Assembly (NCBI GenBank): GCA_965287045.1
Contig: OZ336870.1
Span: 151,466,001-151,530,000 of the forward strand
DNA: 64,000 nt
Source of the DNA: Carcharhinus amblyrhynchos
Lineage: Eukaryota
Direction of reading: 5' to 3'
Below the pieces are notes generated by a model. The model did not search any database and had not been told where the DNA came from. It saw only the letters and a list, made by a program, of their open reading frames with translations. Positions 1 to 12,650 of the stretch are shown one piece after another; the stretch's first letter is position 1; every line of letters begins with the position of its first letter. The position numbers and the translations under genes are program-made.

Positions 1-197
1 GATCATACTGACCATTGCCTCAATCCTGTGAATTCAACACTGCTTCTCACAACTTGATACCCTAAAAAAGGCAGGCCCGTTGTGCCTGTAATTGGGGCAG
101 TAGCAAAGGGAAAAGGCCTCCTTTTGTTTTGCAGCTGATTTCGCTCAACCAGATTTTTGCAGAGTTAGGATAACTTCAGAAGTCTTTTTATAAAAAA

Positions 198-310
198 AAG
201 TGGAATATTTAGAAATAGCATGATTAAAACAATCTGGTAAACTTCTGATCTCACTTTTATTAGCAGTGAGATGAATGCTCATCTTATGCTTGATTATGAA
301 AATGCATTTT
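198..310 (+). repeat. 113-bp direct repeat, copy 1 (copy 2 at 1212-1324)
   Basis: aagtggaatatttagaaatagcatg...gaaaatgcatttt occurs twice with one mismatch. Confidence 0.93.
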
Positions 311-450
311 ATATAAAAAAAAGACCCAGATGCAGAGGCCCCAGCCCCATTTCCAACAGATACAGCTTTTGCAATTTTTTGTATAGTGGGTTGACCACTT
401 GAGGCAATTGAGTTTTATGAATAGGAGTTTTTTCAGTATCCTACTAGTCT

Positions 451-540
451 TAATCCCCCAACACTTAGGCGCAGTTTAGCATAGCCAATCCACCTAACCC
501 ACATATCTTTGGACTCACCCATACACAGGGAGAACTGCAC
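451..540 (-). mobile_element. V-SINE fragment
   Basis: tttagcatagccaatccacctaacc..catatctttggact. Confidence 0.65.
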
Positions 541-1211
541 ATACACACGCGTGTATGAGTGAGAGCTTTCATATAATGTTAGACGTTTAATTTTTTTTCA
601 TCTCCACATGGTTCCTGAGACCTTCCATAGTGGATATTGGATGAGCTGCTAAGGAGGTGTTATGGGTACTTGTGAAGTGGCATGGAAGAAACATGGAATG
701 TGTGAGGTGGTATGGAGGGGGAATGGGATGGATGGGAGAAGACTAGAGGGCCTTAACAGCCTTTTGTAAAACTGATCCCCAAGTGTCAGTGAAGCAAGGC
801 ACTGCTTCTAAGCAGCCAGATTCTGCACTTCCTGGCTCTGTGGCAGCCTCCAAACTGCCTCCAGAGGTGGTAGACCTGGCTCTAATATAGCTCCGTCACA
901 TCCTAAAGGAACAATTGGAAAATTTCTTGGCTGGGAGATGACCTTTTAATCGCCACACTGTCTGCTCCTAAGTCATAAAAATATATTTGAGTTTGTTCAT
1001 TCTAACCATAGTTGAACAACTTTTCCAGTTGTGTAACTTTTCATAATTTATAAATATTTACTAGGTTCACTTCATATTAAAAAAAATGCAGCAATCAGCT
1101 TTCCTATGTTTTCCAAGTTCACTGTTTGTTTGGCTTTTGGGCTGAACTGTTTTAAATTTGACTTGGCTGGGAAAGCTGAAGTTGTAAAACACATAGGATT
1201 TATAATACATT

Positions 1212-1324
1212 AAGTGGAATATTTAGAAATAGCATGACTAAAACAATCTGGTAAACTTCTGATCTCACTTTTATTAGCAGTGAGATGAATGCTCATCTTA
1301 TGCTTGATTATGAAAATGCATTTT
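1212..1324 (+). repeat. 113-bp direct repeat, copy 2
   Basis: Matches 198-310 except gacta versus gatta. Confidence 0.93.
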
Positions 1325-2911
1325 CTTACTGCCTGGTGGTCTTTGATGTTGGAACATTTCGTAACCTCATGGGAAAACCCTTGTGTCAAAGTCTTGTCAA
1401 GATAGAGAGACGACAGCTGTTGTCTTTATGATGATCATGAAGTATGGAATTTGCCACAGTGTGAAGACCAGAACCACTCTCTGAAGACGATGGTTTTCAA
1501 GTGTTTGCCAGATATGAACTGCGCAGTCACTGCAATATGAGAAAACAGAAAAGCCAGTCAGCTTTGTTTAAATCTTAAATTTATTCTTCCCATTTATCTT
1601 CCAAGCTCTGTAAATAAAAAGGCGTCAGAAAAAAATGGCTGTTTAGGCTTTGAGCTTGGGTTTGGCATTGCACGGGGTCTATCAACTTTACATGGGAACT
1701 CAGTATACATTTGTTATATCAGTAAAGATGTTAAACAAAAGAAAAGTTTTAAAAAATGACCCAGCAATTTGTATAAATTAAGCAGTAAAGTGACATTAGC
1801 TACCAAAATCCAAGAATATCTGGAGTAATGTCCCACCATATCGTGCAACATTTCATGGCTACAATTTTCAGCACATGCCCAGCAGCTCTATAGAAGAGGC
1901 TAGAATCTGAGCATTGTATTGATATTAAATCATTGGATTAGGTTCAAGTTAAAACTGGGCACAGTCCATTAAGCATTGCTGGTGTAACATTTGGTTTCAG
2001 ATTAGCATTTACGATCTTCAGGCTTTTTTAATACTGCATCGCAAAGCTGTCGTTGGTTATAGCCTATGATCCACCCAGTAGCTACTGGCGTTTCACTGCA
2101 ATGTAACTTCTGGGTGATAAGGTACCATCGTATACAGAGGATTGCCTTTTGAGTGCTTTGTATGAAAAAAACAAAAGGCTGTTCTCTCAGACAGCTGTTG
2201 AGTCCTGACTGGATGCAAAATTAGCCTGAGCAGGTTTGAATCCAGCTTCCAGTAGCTGTGAGATCATATCTCTTGACTGTCCTCAAATCCAGCACTAATC
2301 TAACAAGCTTTCATTATAAGAATATAGAAATTCAGAACAAGATCAGTCCATTCAGTCCATCCAGCTGTCATTTAAATCCATGCTTAGGAATCTGTAGAAC
2401 CCATTTTCATCTCTCTGCTGCCTTATGGGGATAAAAATGATGACAGAAAAAAAGAATCAGCATATTAGTGTGGGGCTAAAGGAAACAGGTGTCCTTCTAA
2501 AGTTTGGAATCAAGGGTCATAGTCAGGATAATATAAAGAATCTGAACATTCCATCAGCTTTCTACCGTACTTGATCCAGATTCCCTGATGCTGTCAGTGG
2601 GTGTAAAATGGGAATAGAACAGTTGGCCTAACAGTTCAGTTCCGACACAAATCCTACCAGGACTATAGCCACTGGCTCCATTATAGGTCTGAAAGCACAA
2701 GGCAACCTTCACAGCTCCAGCTACAGAATTGAATGCTAAAAACAACATTCATTCATCTTGCAGAATCTAGTTGCTGACTTGAATCCACATAGAGTATGCA
2801 TGTTAAGAAACGCTCCTGTGTTGGTTACTATACTGGCTGAAATATTCACATATTGTAGAGTGTCTAATTAGAAAAGGAGGAGCTTTAATTCACTCACCCT
2901 GGGCCAAAACT

Positions 2912-2978
2912 GGGGTGGGGATGATTGGGGGGGCGGGGGGGGGGGGGGCGGCGGGGGGCGCTGCGGTGGTGGTGTGGC
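2912..2978 (+). repeat. G-rich low-complexity tract
   Basis: Multiple long G runs, ggggtggggg...ggggggggggggg...gggggg. Confidence 0.8.
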
Positions 2979-3459
2979 ACCAGTTAAAATGGACTGCAAC
3001 ACTTAACACTTCCTTTCCTAATCTGGCTAATTGTAATTTTGAGTAATGGCTGATGAAGACACCCACTTAAAGACAGATCCTCTTTAAATATGTAGATCAG
3101 TTCTAATGGCCTCATTGAAGATCCAGACTGGAAAAAAACAGAAAAAAGGGGGAACTAAGAATACAGGTCAAAACTGGTCTTGTGTCCCTTAAAATGGAAC
3201 ACCAGTGAAATCTGAGAAATAAGAATACCAGTCTGAACTGTATTTTTCCCACTAGAGTCCTTGATAGGCTATTTTATCCTTTTGCCTGAGCAAAGACGCA
3301 ATGGCAGTCTCCCTTCCAGGCCATACTAAATGGACTGGGCTTGCGGAGAAGTTTTTTACGTTTTTTTGTTTTCTGTCGGAATCGGGAGGAGCATAAACAT
3401 TCTTCTGAGTCCCACAAGAAAACCTTGGGCCCAACCCTGAACAGGATTTCCCTCCAAGA

Positions 3460-3800
3460 AGAAGGAGCTATTTTATTAGTGCTGCTCTTCTCCCCATTGT
3501 CCTGGACATTCTTTCTTTTCAGATGACAATCCAATTCCTTCTTGAATGCCTCGATTGAACTTGTCTCCACCAGACATGCAACCTGTTCAACCTTTCTTCA
3601 CAAGATAAGCCTTTCATCCCACCAATGAATTGAGCGAACCTTCTCTGAACTGCTTCTAATGCAGTTATATCCTTTTTTATCTGGAAATCAAAACTGTACA
3701 CAGTATTCCAGATGTGCTCTAACCAAAGGCTGTACAACTGCAAAGAACCTCCCTACTTTTATGCTCTATTCCCCTTGCAATAAACACCAACACATTTTTG
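3460..3800 (-). mobile_element. Degraded CR1 3' fragment
   Basis: Minus ORFs KDITALEAVQRRFAQFIGGMKGLSCEERLNRL and SIEAFKKELDCHL. Confidence 0.8.
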
Positions 3801-3939
3801 CACCTTTCCATTTTTGTCTCAGTTAAAGTTAAAATGCTTTAAGATATCGTGATCCATGAATGAATTCACTGTGTTTGCCTAATGGATTTTGACAGCCTTG
3901 CAATAAATAGATCCTAATTTAAAACAATCACAATCTCCA

Positions 3940-5730
3940 GCAAGAGTACCGAGAAAATTATTTGAACCAAAAACTGACGTCCTTAGCTTCTGATAGGCTA
4001 CATCCTAGGGTCTCAAAAGAAATAGCAGCTGAAATAGTAAATGAGTTGGTTTTAATTTTCCAAAATGCTCTAGATTCAGAAAGAATCCACTCAGATTGGG
4101 AAATAGCAAATGCAACTCTGCTATCCAAGAAAGGAGGAAAACAGAAAACAGCAAACTACAGACCAGTTAGTTTAACATCTGTCATATGGAAAATGCTGGA
4201 ATCTATTATTAAGGAGGTTATGGCAAGGCACTTAGATAATCTGAATGCTATCAGGCAGAGTTAACATGATTTTGTGAAGGAGAAAACAAGATTGACTAAT
4301 TTATTAGAGTTCTTTGAGGAAGTAACAAGCAGCATGGATAAAGGGGAACCTGTGGATGTGGTTTGCTTAGATTTCTAGAAGGCATTTAACAAGATGCCAT
4401 TATCAAAGGTTACTGCGCAAAATAAGACTCATCATGGTGTTGGTTGTAACATATTAGCATGGAGACTGTATTGATTAGCTAACAGGCAACAGAGTGTAAG
4501 TATAAATGGCTCATTTTCAGGTCAGCAAGATGTAATGAGTGGAGTGCCACAATATTTACAATCTGTATAAATTATGTGAATAACAGGATCGAAGCTTTCG
4601 TTGAGACATTTTCTGATAGAGATAGGTATGAAAGTGAGTTGTGAAGAAGACACAAGGAGCCTGCAAAGGGTTATAGGTAGGTAAGTGAGTGGGCAAAAAA
4701 TTGGCATATGGATTATAATGTGAGAAAATATGAACTTGTCCACGTGACAGGAAGAATAAAAAAGCAGCGTATTATTTAAAGGGTATCCTGGTACATGAAG
4801 CAGGTACAACAAGTGATCAGGAAGGCAAATGGAATGTTTTCTTTATTGCAAGTTAAATGGAATACAAAAGCAGGGATTTTCTGCTACAGTTGTTTAGGGT
4901 ATTGGTGAGACTACTCCAAAGTACAATGCCAAAACAGAAAATGCTGGAAAATCTCAGCAGGTCTGACAACATCTTTGTAGAAAGATTGGAGCTAATGTTT
5001 TGCATCAGGATGACCCCTTAACAGAGCCCTGACACAGCTCTGATGATGGGCCATCCAGACTCAAAATGTTAGCTCTATTCTCTCTTCACAGGTGCTGCTA
5101 GACCTGCCGATTTTCCAGCATTTTCTGTTTTTGTTTCTGATTCCAGCATCTGCAGTAATTTGCTTTTATCTAGAGTATATTGTACAGTGTTGATCTCCTT
5201 ATTTAAGACATAACATAATTTCATTAGCATTCACCCAACTGATTCCTCAGAGGGTGAGGGGTGGGGAGAGATGGGGGCGGGGGCAGATGGAGCTGTTGGA
5301 GATATCCTCTGATGAAAGGTTGAGCCTATATTTTTAGAGTTTAAAAGAACAAGAGGTAATCTTACTGAAACATAAAAGATTCTGAGCGAGTTTGAAAGGG
5401 TGGATACTGAAAGAATGTTTTCCATTGTGAAAAGACCAGAACTAAGGGGCACAGTTTTAATAAGGGGTCTTCTCATTTAAGACAGAGATGAGGAAAAGTT
5501 TATTCCCTTTGAGGTTCAAGGGTCTCTGAAACTCTCTTCCCTAGAGTGTGGTGGAGACAGGGTCTTTGAATATTTTTAAGGCTGAATTTGATAGATTCTT
5601 GATTGACATGGGAGTCAAAGGATTTGTGGGGCAGGAAGAAAAGTAGAGTTGAGCACAGTGAGATTGACCATGATCTTATTGAATGGTGGAGCAGACTTGA
5701 GGGATTGAATGGCATCCATTTTGTATGTTC
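3940..5730 (+). mobile_element. Old degraded CR1 LINE (RT to 3' end)
   Basis: HPRVSKEIAAEIV..L.LIFQ..LD....DW.IAN...KKG.KQ...NYRPVSLTSV; many stops; tail gatcttattgaatggtggagcagacttgaggg. Confidence 0.88.
4931..5169. repeat. Palindromic (fold-back) short repeat, probably Penelope-derived, nested in a CR1
   Basis: aaaacagaaaatgctggaaaatc..gcaggtct pairs with agacctgc.gattttccagcattttctgtttt; interrupts the CR1 LVRPHLEYC region. Confidence 0.72.
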
Positions 5731-5783
5731 ATTTATCGCCACCTCCAGAGGTTTGTTAACAGATTTTTTTGTTTGATTTTCAG

Positions 5784-5915
5784 GTGGAAATAACACTGCA
5801 AGATATTAACGACAATCCTCCAGTGTTTCCTGCTGATGCACTGGATGTCGTCATTGAAGAAAACATCGGAGATGGTTTTCGAATATTACAACTGTCAGCT
5901 ACAGATGCAGATGAG
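5784..5915 (+). CDS. FAT4: Protocadherin Fat 4 internal coding exon (equivalent to human coding exon 2), 132 nt, phase 0/0
   Basis: Acceptor ttgattttcag|GTG, donor GAG|gtaggt. Encodes VEITLQDINDNPPVFPADALDVVIEENIGDGFRILQLSATDADE with cadherin DxNDNxP and ATDAD motifs, matching recalled vertebrate FAT4 sequence. Confidence 0.95.
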
Positions 5916-6082
5916 GTAGGTGTTGCATCCCTTGATTTAAGATCTGTTTTCCACAAAGCGTTTCAGCCCCATATTGATACTTTTTTAACCATCGTTTTCA
6001 TCGAGTCGCTTGTGAAAATTTGGTTGGGAATTGAGAACCCAACTGCAGAATATCATCAAAGTTTAAAAAAAAGTAGGAAAGG

Positions 6083-6350
6083 ATCATAGAATCCATATAG
6101 TGCAATAGGAGGCCATTTGGCCCATCAGTATTGCACCAATAATCAGGTCCCATCTCTGTAACCCCATCTATTTCCTCTGCTAATCCCCTGACACTAAGGG
6201 ACAATTTACCATAGCTAATCCACCTAAACTGCACATCTTTGGAGTAAGGAAGTAAACCGGAGCACCTGGAGGAAACCCATACAGACACATGCAAACTCCA
6301 CACAGGCAGTGACCCAAGGCTGGAATCAAACCAGACCCCTGGTGCCACAG
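6083..6350 (-). mobile_element. HE1-type V-SINE
   Basis: Reverse complement of tail (atcatagaatc..ggaggccatttggccc), V-domain (aaaccggagcacctggaggaaaccca) and B-box region. Confidence 0.85.
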
Positions 6351-7507
6351 AGCTGTCTAGAAGACCAGATAGATCCTGACGTGATGGTTTGGTGACATAG
6401 CTTGGGTTTACGAATGTCTGACTTCCTCTGGAGTTGGCAATGAATCTAAGATGCATTAAGACCTAAAAGTGAGAAAAAAATACAGAGGGCATTTGAATGT
6501 TTAATTTTTTTTATAGTGGTTCTAGTATTCAAAAAATTTGTGTTTTTTTTTTAATTTTCTTTCAGTTTTAACACAGTCTATCCTTCAGGCTCAAAATTAA
6601 GGGAAATTGTCTCTCAGTAAATAGTGAATGTAGAATGTTGTCAATATCCGTTCACTTCACGAAGAAGTCCCAGAATGTTGTGGTTTGGAATTACATTCCA
6701 AGTTTCTGGAATTCCTCATTTATTAAATATTATGCAGTATTCAACTGACAGCTAGTAAACTTGGCTTCAGTCCACTCCATTTCTAATGTTTAGGGGAATG
6801 CTAGTGCTATCACACTGTACAGATATCAGTTCTAACATCACAATGCAATTCTGCAGTTTATTCTTACTGTTACAAAATTACAAATCTCACTTTATGAATG
6901 CTATAGCAGGGGGACAATGACAATACTACATACCAGAGAAACAGATGAACGCATTATAATTTGCTGCTGACTCTCTTCCTTCGAGAGCTAGCTAACCAAA
7001 TGAAGCCACAGTGTTATGTGCATATGGTGGTGAAACTAAGAATGAAGTGTCGTAAATCCCAAAGCAAAGAAAGTAATATATCAAAAATTACATTCATTTA
7101 GCTTTCTTATTCTGTCCTCCCTCCAAACTTCTCTCCTGAAAATGCTGATTTCTGCTTGCATGCACTTCCTTGAATCACAGCTGCTCTGCCTACTTTGTCC
7201 AAATGGCTATTCTACTTGTGCAAGCCTTATTGTCATTCAGCTTTTCAACTTGATTTTGATTGGCTGGCTTTCTTTATGAGAGGGTTGGAGGATCCAGAAT
7301 GTGGGTTCCTTTACTTCTATTTCCTGAACACAGCCTGCCTGTCTAGTGAACCCCCTGCAGTCAGCCAGCTTCCCATTATCTCCACCTTACAATTTACTGC
7401 CTCATTCCCCCAAATCCACATGCATGAGTGATCGGGATTCTTTGTCAACATACAATATTGAGTGTCTTTTGCATACACAACTGAATCATTTATTTTGTGT
7501 GCAAAAT

Positions 7508-7612
7508 GGCACGATGGTTAGCACTAGTGCCTCACAGCACTAGGGAGCTGGGTTCGATTCTGGCCTCAGGTCACTGTCTGTGTGGAGTTTGCATGTTTCC
7601 CCTGTGGCTTTG
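7508..7612 (+). mobile_element. V-SINE 5' fragment
   Basis: tggttagcactagtgcctcacagcactagggagctgggttcgattc...ggtcactgtctgtgtggagtttgca. Confidence 0.78.
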
Positions 7613-10568
7613 TACTAATATTACGTAATACTTTTACTGGCGCATACAAATGACATATACAACAACATTTTCTGGTTGTGCCTGCTCTGAGGCCAGAAAT
7701 TCCCATCTGGGGTCAGTGAACCTTTGAACGGCCTGTCAAATTGCTGTCCTGGCCATGACAATTCCTGCAGCAGACAGGATGGAAAATTCACCCCTTGGTT
7801 CTCGTGGTTCTGCAGTGACTGTGGGATATCACATATCCGTGTATAACTATTGACTTAAAATTCTTCACACCATGATTTTGAAATGAATTAAAGTAATGGC
7901 GAGAGAAATTCCATACAGACACCTGATTCTGATATTTCTCTTTTTAACCTGGGATATGCATCATTTCTAGAGGCAAAGGAGAAGTCAGAGGTGGAGGCCC
8001 ATGATGTTCTGTCTCCACCGTTTGATACAACTATTGAATTTCCTGGACTTCCCCATTGTTCTGGATGGGGTAGGAGGCTGGGGGCGTGGGTGCAGTTAAT
8101 GAGGATAGGATGCATATGTCTACGATACGTGCAGGGAAAGGGTGGGTGTACAAATAAAGGGAACAGGAGGCAAATTTTACTCCTGTCTCATTTTCCAGAA
8201 GGTTTTTGAATAGCAGCACCTGAAAAAAAGCTGCATCTAACTTTTTAGCTGCACCACCACCAAACACCTCCCCCCCCCCCCCCCCGCCCCCAATCCCCTC
8301 ATCCCCCAATCCCTGCAAATCAGATTGGCACCATCTGAAAGCACCAAGCAAAAAGACAGCCTAAAAGGGCAAGTGCCCATCATTTTGAACAGGATTATTT
8401 TGGATCATCAGGGCTGCTGAGCACCTTCTGGCTGGTGTTTTTTGATCTCAGCTGAAGGCCCAGTGCTGATGGTCATTATTACTGCAGCAGGCACTGGCTT
8501 CCTGGCTGCACTTCTGAATGCAGAGCCTGCTCAGAGGAGCTAGGGCCCTCACTGAGGGCATTTTAATAACTGAGAATGCAAATATTGATATTTGAATCCA
8601 GTCTACAGTCATAACGTATATGAGGTGCACAGCTGAGTCTAACTAGTAGACAGACTGAGGAGAAAAACATGGAACTGTTTTGTAGTCTCTCATGAGTATC
8701 CCATGGAGTAAATTTCAGGCCCATCAATATTAACTAATTGGTTATTTTTACGTCCCTAAATTTCATCCAATATCGACCAAGATCAATTTTAACGGATTCT
8801 GATTATTGATCCATGGAAGAGAGAAATTTCCAGTCACCTGTAGTACTAAATTTGTTCAAACATTGATTGTGTTTTTAGCTAATACTTTCAGTGCAGTGGC
8901 TCTTTCTTTTTAATCTACTCCCTCACTTCATGTTATTTTCCTTGCACTAAAATGCGTTCCCTCCACCTTAATACAGAGCCCCCCACTTACTTACAATGCA
9001 AAGCTGCTTATATAGCTGGTGTTCATTATGAAAAAAAGATGAAACAACCACATCCACGTTGAACCATTCAAGACTGTGGTAAATACAAACTCCTTGCTCA
9101 GATCTTTCAATGCTGATGGAATGACAAGGGAGGATTTGAATAAACAGAGGCACCTGTACATACAAGCCCTTGAATATAATGCTGCCGAGTGAAAATACCG
9201 TTAAAGTACAGAAGAGCAATTACAACTGGCATGAAAATGTTCAACTGCACATGTTACTTGTTAGAAATAGAACTTTATAATGGTGAGGCTTACTTTTTAG
9301 ATATGCTGTGGTAGGTAAATTTACTGCATGATACCATCTGTACATTGCTGACTGTTTTTCTTTTAAAGACAATCCGAATACCGTGGTTCAACTGATGTGA
9401 AAATTCAGATTCAGGTTTTGTTTTGCTTTCATCAGTATCACACCACCTCTGCTGTTCTCATCACTCTAATGAGGTTTGGCACTTTCCTCTTCTTCAAATG
9501 AACAGGCACTTTTTTTTCAAATAGGCTTCTGTGTGTTTTTTATTTTCGATGTAAACAGGACAGTGAATATCCAGCTTTCTGGATCTTTGTTCTCTGACAG
9601 CTTTCAGAGGATTTCTTTTGGTCTACATTGTGAGGTTCAGAGCACAAAATCATCAATGAACGATTCACGCTGCTCCTTTGGTGGTTTGTCAAATTGAAGT
9701 TCACTTCCGTCAGCCAGTAGAAAGGCTGCTAATCCCAAAAGCCAATGACACTGCATCTAAATCAGTAGCATTTGAGCAAAGAAATGGCAGACTGATCAAA
9801 CCTAAGACATTCCGCAAACAAAGTAAGAGATTGCACTGAAATACGTATACCCCACACCAGCTGTATACTGATGCCACAGATCACTTGATTGTTTTAGAAC
9901 AAATATTTAAAATGATCTTCCCTGAACATAGGTCCCTCACCTTCCTCAACACTGTTCTCTGCCCAGTTTTCAACCTACACACGTCATCCAACTTCTCTAT
10001 CTCCTATCCTCACTGAATTTCAGAGTTTATTGTATCCGTACCCATAGGCATCTATCAACTTTGCCAGTTCCCATGGACTTGTTGAGCTCAAGGATCAGAA
10101 TTTTCTTGTGTCAGGGATCCTGAGAGGCAGAATGGCACAGGCATGCAGCTGCCAGACAATTACATACGCAGAAGTGAGAGCCACAGCCAATCATGCAGCA
10201 GGAGCAAGCAGGACGTCACCAGCCCCACCATCATCTCATGCAGTCGAGGATCTGAGGGCTATATTTGAAAGATGTCTGGACTGGCATCCACCCTGTCACC
10301 CCTGTCATCCTGCAGCATCGGTCTGGCTGTTTATGAGGAGTTTGTAACCTTTGGATCTGCTGGAATTTACACAATGATGTTTTATAAGGAGATGAACATA
10401 TCTTTCTAGGCTCATTCTGGCTAGAATCCACATGCAGTGGTGTCACCATTCTGAGTGGTACATTGCTTCGTTACCTTTGCCCTGCCTGTGATTATCCTTG
10501 ACCCACTCTCCATCACCCTTGATGAATTATAATTCATCCTAGAGCTTCTCTCTGTCACCATTGGTCAG

Positions 10569-10934
10569 CACCTTCTCCACCTTTGCTGCCACCTTCAAGG
10601 ATCTGTGGACTTGCACACCCAGGTCCCTCTGTGCGTCTATACTTTTGATGGTTCTGCCATTTATTGTATAGCTCCCCCCTACATTAGTCCTACCAAAATG
10701 CATCACTTCGCATTTATCTGGATTAAATTCCATCTGCCACTTCTCTGCCCAATTTTCCAGCCTATGTCCTGCTGTATTCTCCGACAATGTTCATCGCTAT
10801 CCGCAGTCCAGCCATCTTCGTGTCATCCGCAAACTTACTGATCACACCGGTTACACTTTCTTCCAAATCGTTTGTCTATCTCACAAATAGCAGAGGTCCC
10901 AGTACAGAGCCCTGCAGAACACCACTGGTCACAG
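10569..10934 (-). repeat. Inverted 366-bp copy of the internal CR1 segment 11669-12034
   Basis: Base-by-base comparison shows 5 mismatches in 366 bp and no indels between the arms. Confidence 0.92.
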
Positions 10935-11569
10935 CACAACGTCCCCACCTCTACCCTCCACCTGCCGCCCGTCACCCTCAATTTTCCATCCATTTTCTTT
11001 GACCTTCCTTCTGTTATCCTTGACTCTCAGGAGTTCACTGATGACCTTCACTATATAACCTGCAATATCCCCACAATCAAACTCGTCCTACCCTTTGTAG
11101 ATATTGACCTTCCCTGTGTAGTCCACTTCCCCCTCCTGCGCCCCCCCACCCCCGCCATGAGCCTTTTTTGGGCTGTCACTTCCCTCCTTCGTTCAGCTAT
11201 GCCTCCTTCTCCTTTCACAGCTACTGCCTGAGCTCAATGCATCGATACCTTCTCTCCCCTGACTCAGTAAAGCTCCCCATACTGGAAACGTGGTTCCTAC
11301 TCATTCCAAGTCCACCTGGAAGACTATCTCACCTGCTATTTTAATCAGCTGTGAATCTGAGGGCAAGTGTTTCCTTTTTGCTGTTGTTTACTAATTGAGG
11401 CTTCCTAATGGTGGGATGAGAGTGGGTTATTTGGATACCAAAGTAGAATTTATTGTGAAGGATAAAGTTCACAATTTTATCCCCTGCCATAAGCTCTCCT
11501 ACCTTGTCACTGATTTCATATTCTGCCCAGACTACATACTCAGGCTGAATCAGTCCCTCTAAACTTTTG

Positions 11570-12650
11570 TTGCTATGGGATAAAAGGAGAGCTGGCTAGA
11601 TGGGCAGAGAACTGGCTTGGCCACAGAAGACAGTGTAGCAGTGGAAGGGTCTTTTTCCGGCTGGAGGTCTGTGACCAGTGGTGTTCTGCAGGGCTCTGTA
11701 CTGGGACCTCTGCTATTTGTGAGTTAGACAAACGATTTGGAAGAAAGTGTAACCGGTGTGATCAGTAAGTTTGCGGATGACACGAAGATGGCTGGACTGC
11801 GGATAGCGATGAACATTGTCGGAGAATACAGCAGGACATAGGCCGGAAAATTGGGCAGAGAAGTGGCAGATGGAATTTAATCCAGATAAATGCGAAGTGA
11901 TGCATTTTGGTAGGACTAATGTAGAGGGGAGCTATACAATAAATGGCAGAACCATCAAAAGTATAGACGCACAGAGGGACCTGGGTGTGCAAGTCCATAG
12001 ATCCTTGAAGGTGGCAGCACAGGTGGAGAAGGTGATGAAGAAGGCATATGGCATGCTTGCCTTTATAGGATGAGGCATAGAGTATAAAAATTGGCGTCTG
12101 ATGTTACAGCTGTACAGAACGTTGGTCAGGCCACATTTGGAGTACTGCGTCCAGTTCTGGTCACCGCACTACCAGAAGGATGTGGAGTCTTTAGAAAGAG
12201 TGCAGAGAAGGTTTACCAGGATGTTTTCTGGTATAGTGGGTCTTAGCTATGAGAAGAGATTGGGTAAACTGGGGTTGTTCTCCCTGGAAAGACGGAGAAT
12301 GAGGGGACACCTAGGAGAGGTGTATAAAATTATGGATAGGATGAACAGTGGGAAGCTTTTTCCCAGGTCGGAGATGACAAGCACGAGGGGTCACAGTTCA
12401 AAGTGAGGGGGGGGAGGTTTAACTCAGATATCAGAGGGATGTATTTTACACAGAGGGTGGTGCAGGCCTGGAATGCACTGCCATGCAGGGTGGTGGAGAC
12501 GGACATGCTGGGATCGTTTAAGACTTACCTGGATAGTCACATGAGCAGATTGGGAATGGAGGAATACAGAAGAATGGTCTAGTTGGACTAATGAGTGGCG
12601 CAGGCTTGGAGGGCCTAAGGGCCTGTTTCCTGTGCTGTGTTGTTCTTTGT
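11570..12650 (+). mobile_element. CR1 (HER1-like) LINE, 5'-truncated, with 3' tail
   Basis: aagtttgcggatgacacgaag (KFADDTK), WQMEFNPDKCEVMHFG, LVRPHLEYCVQFWSP; tail gggcctgtttcctgtgctgtgttgttctttgtt; contains frameshifts and stops. Confidence 0.92.
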
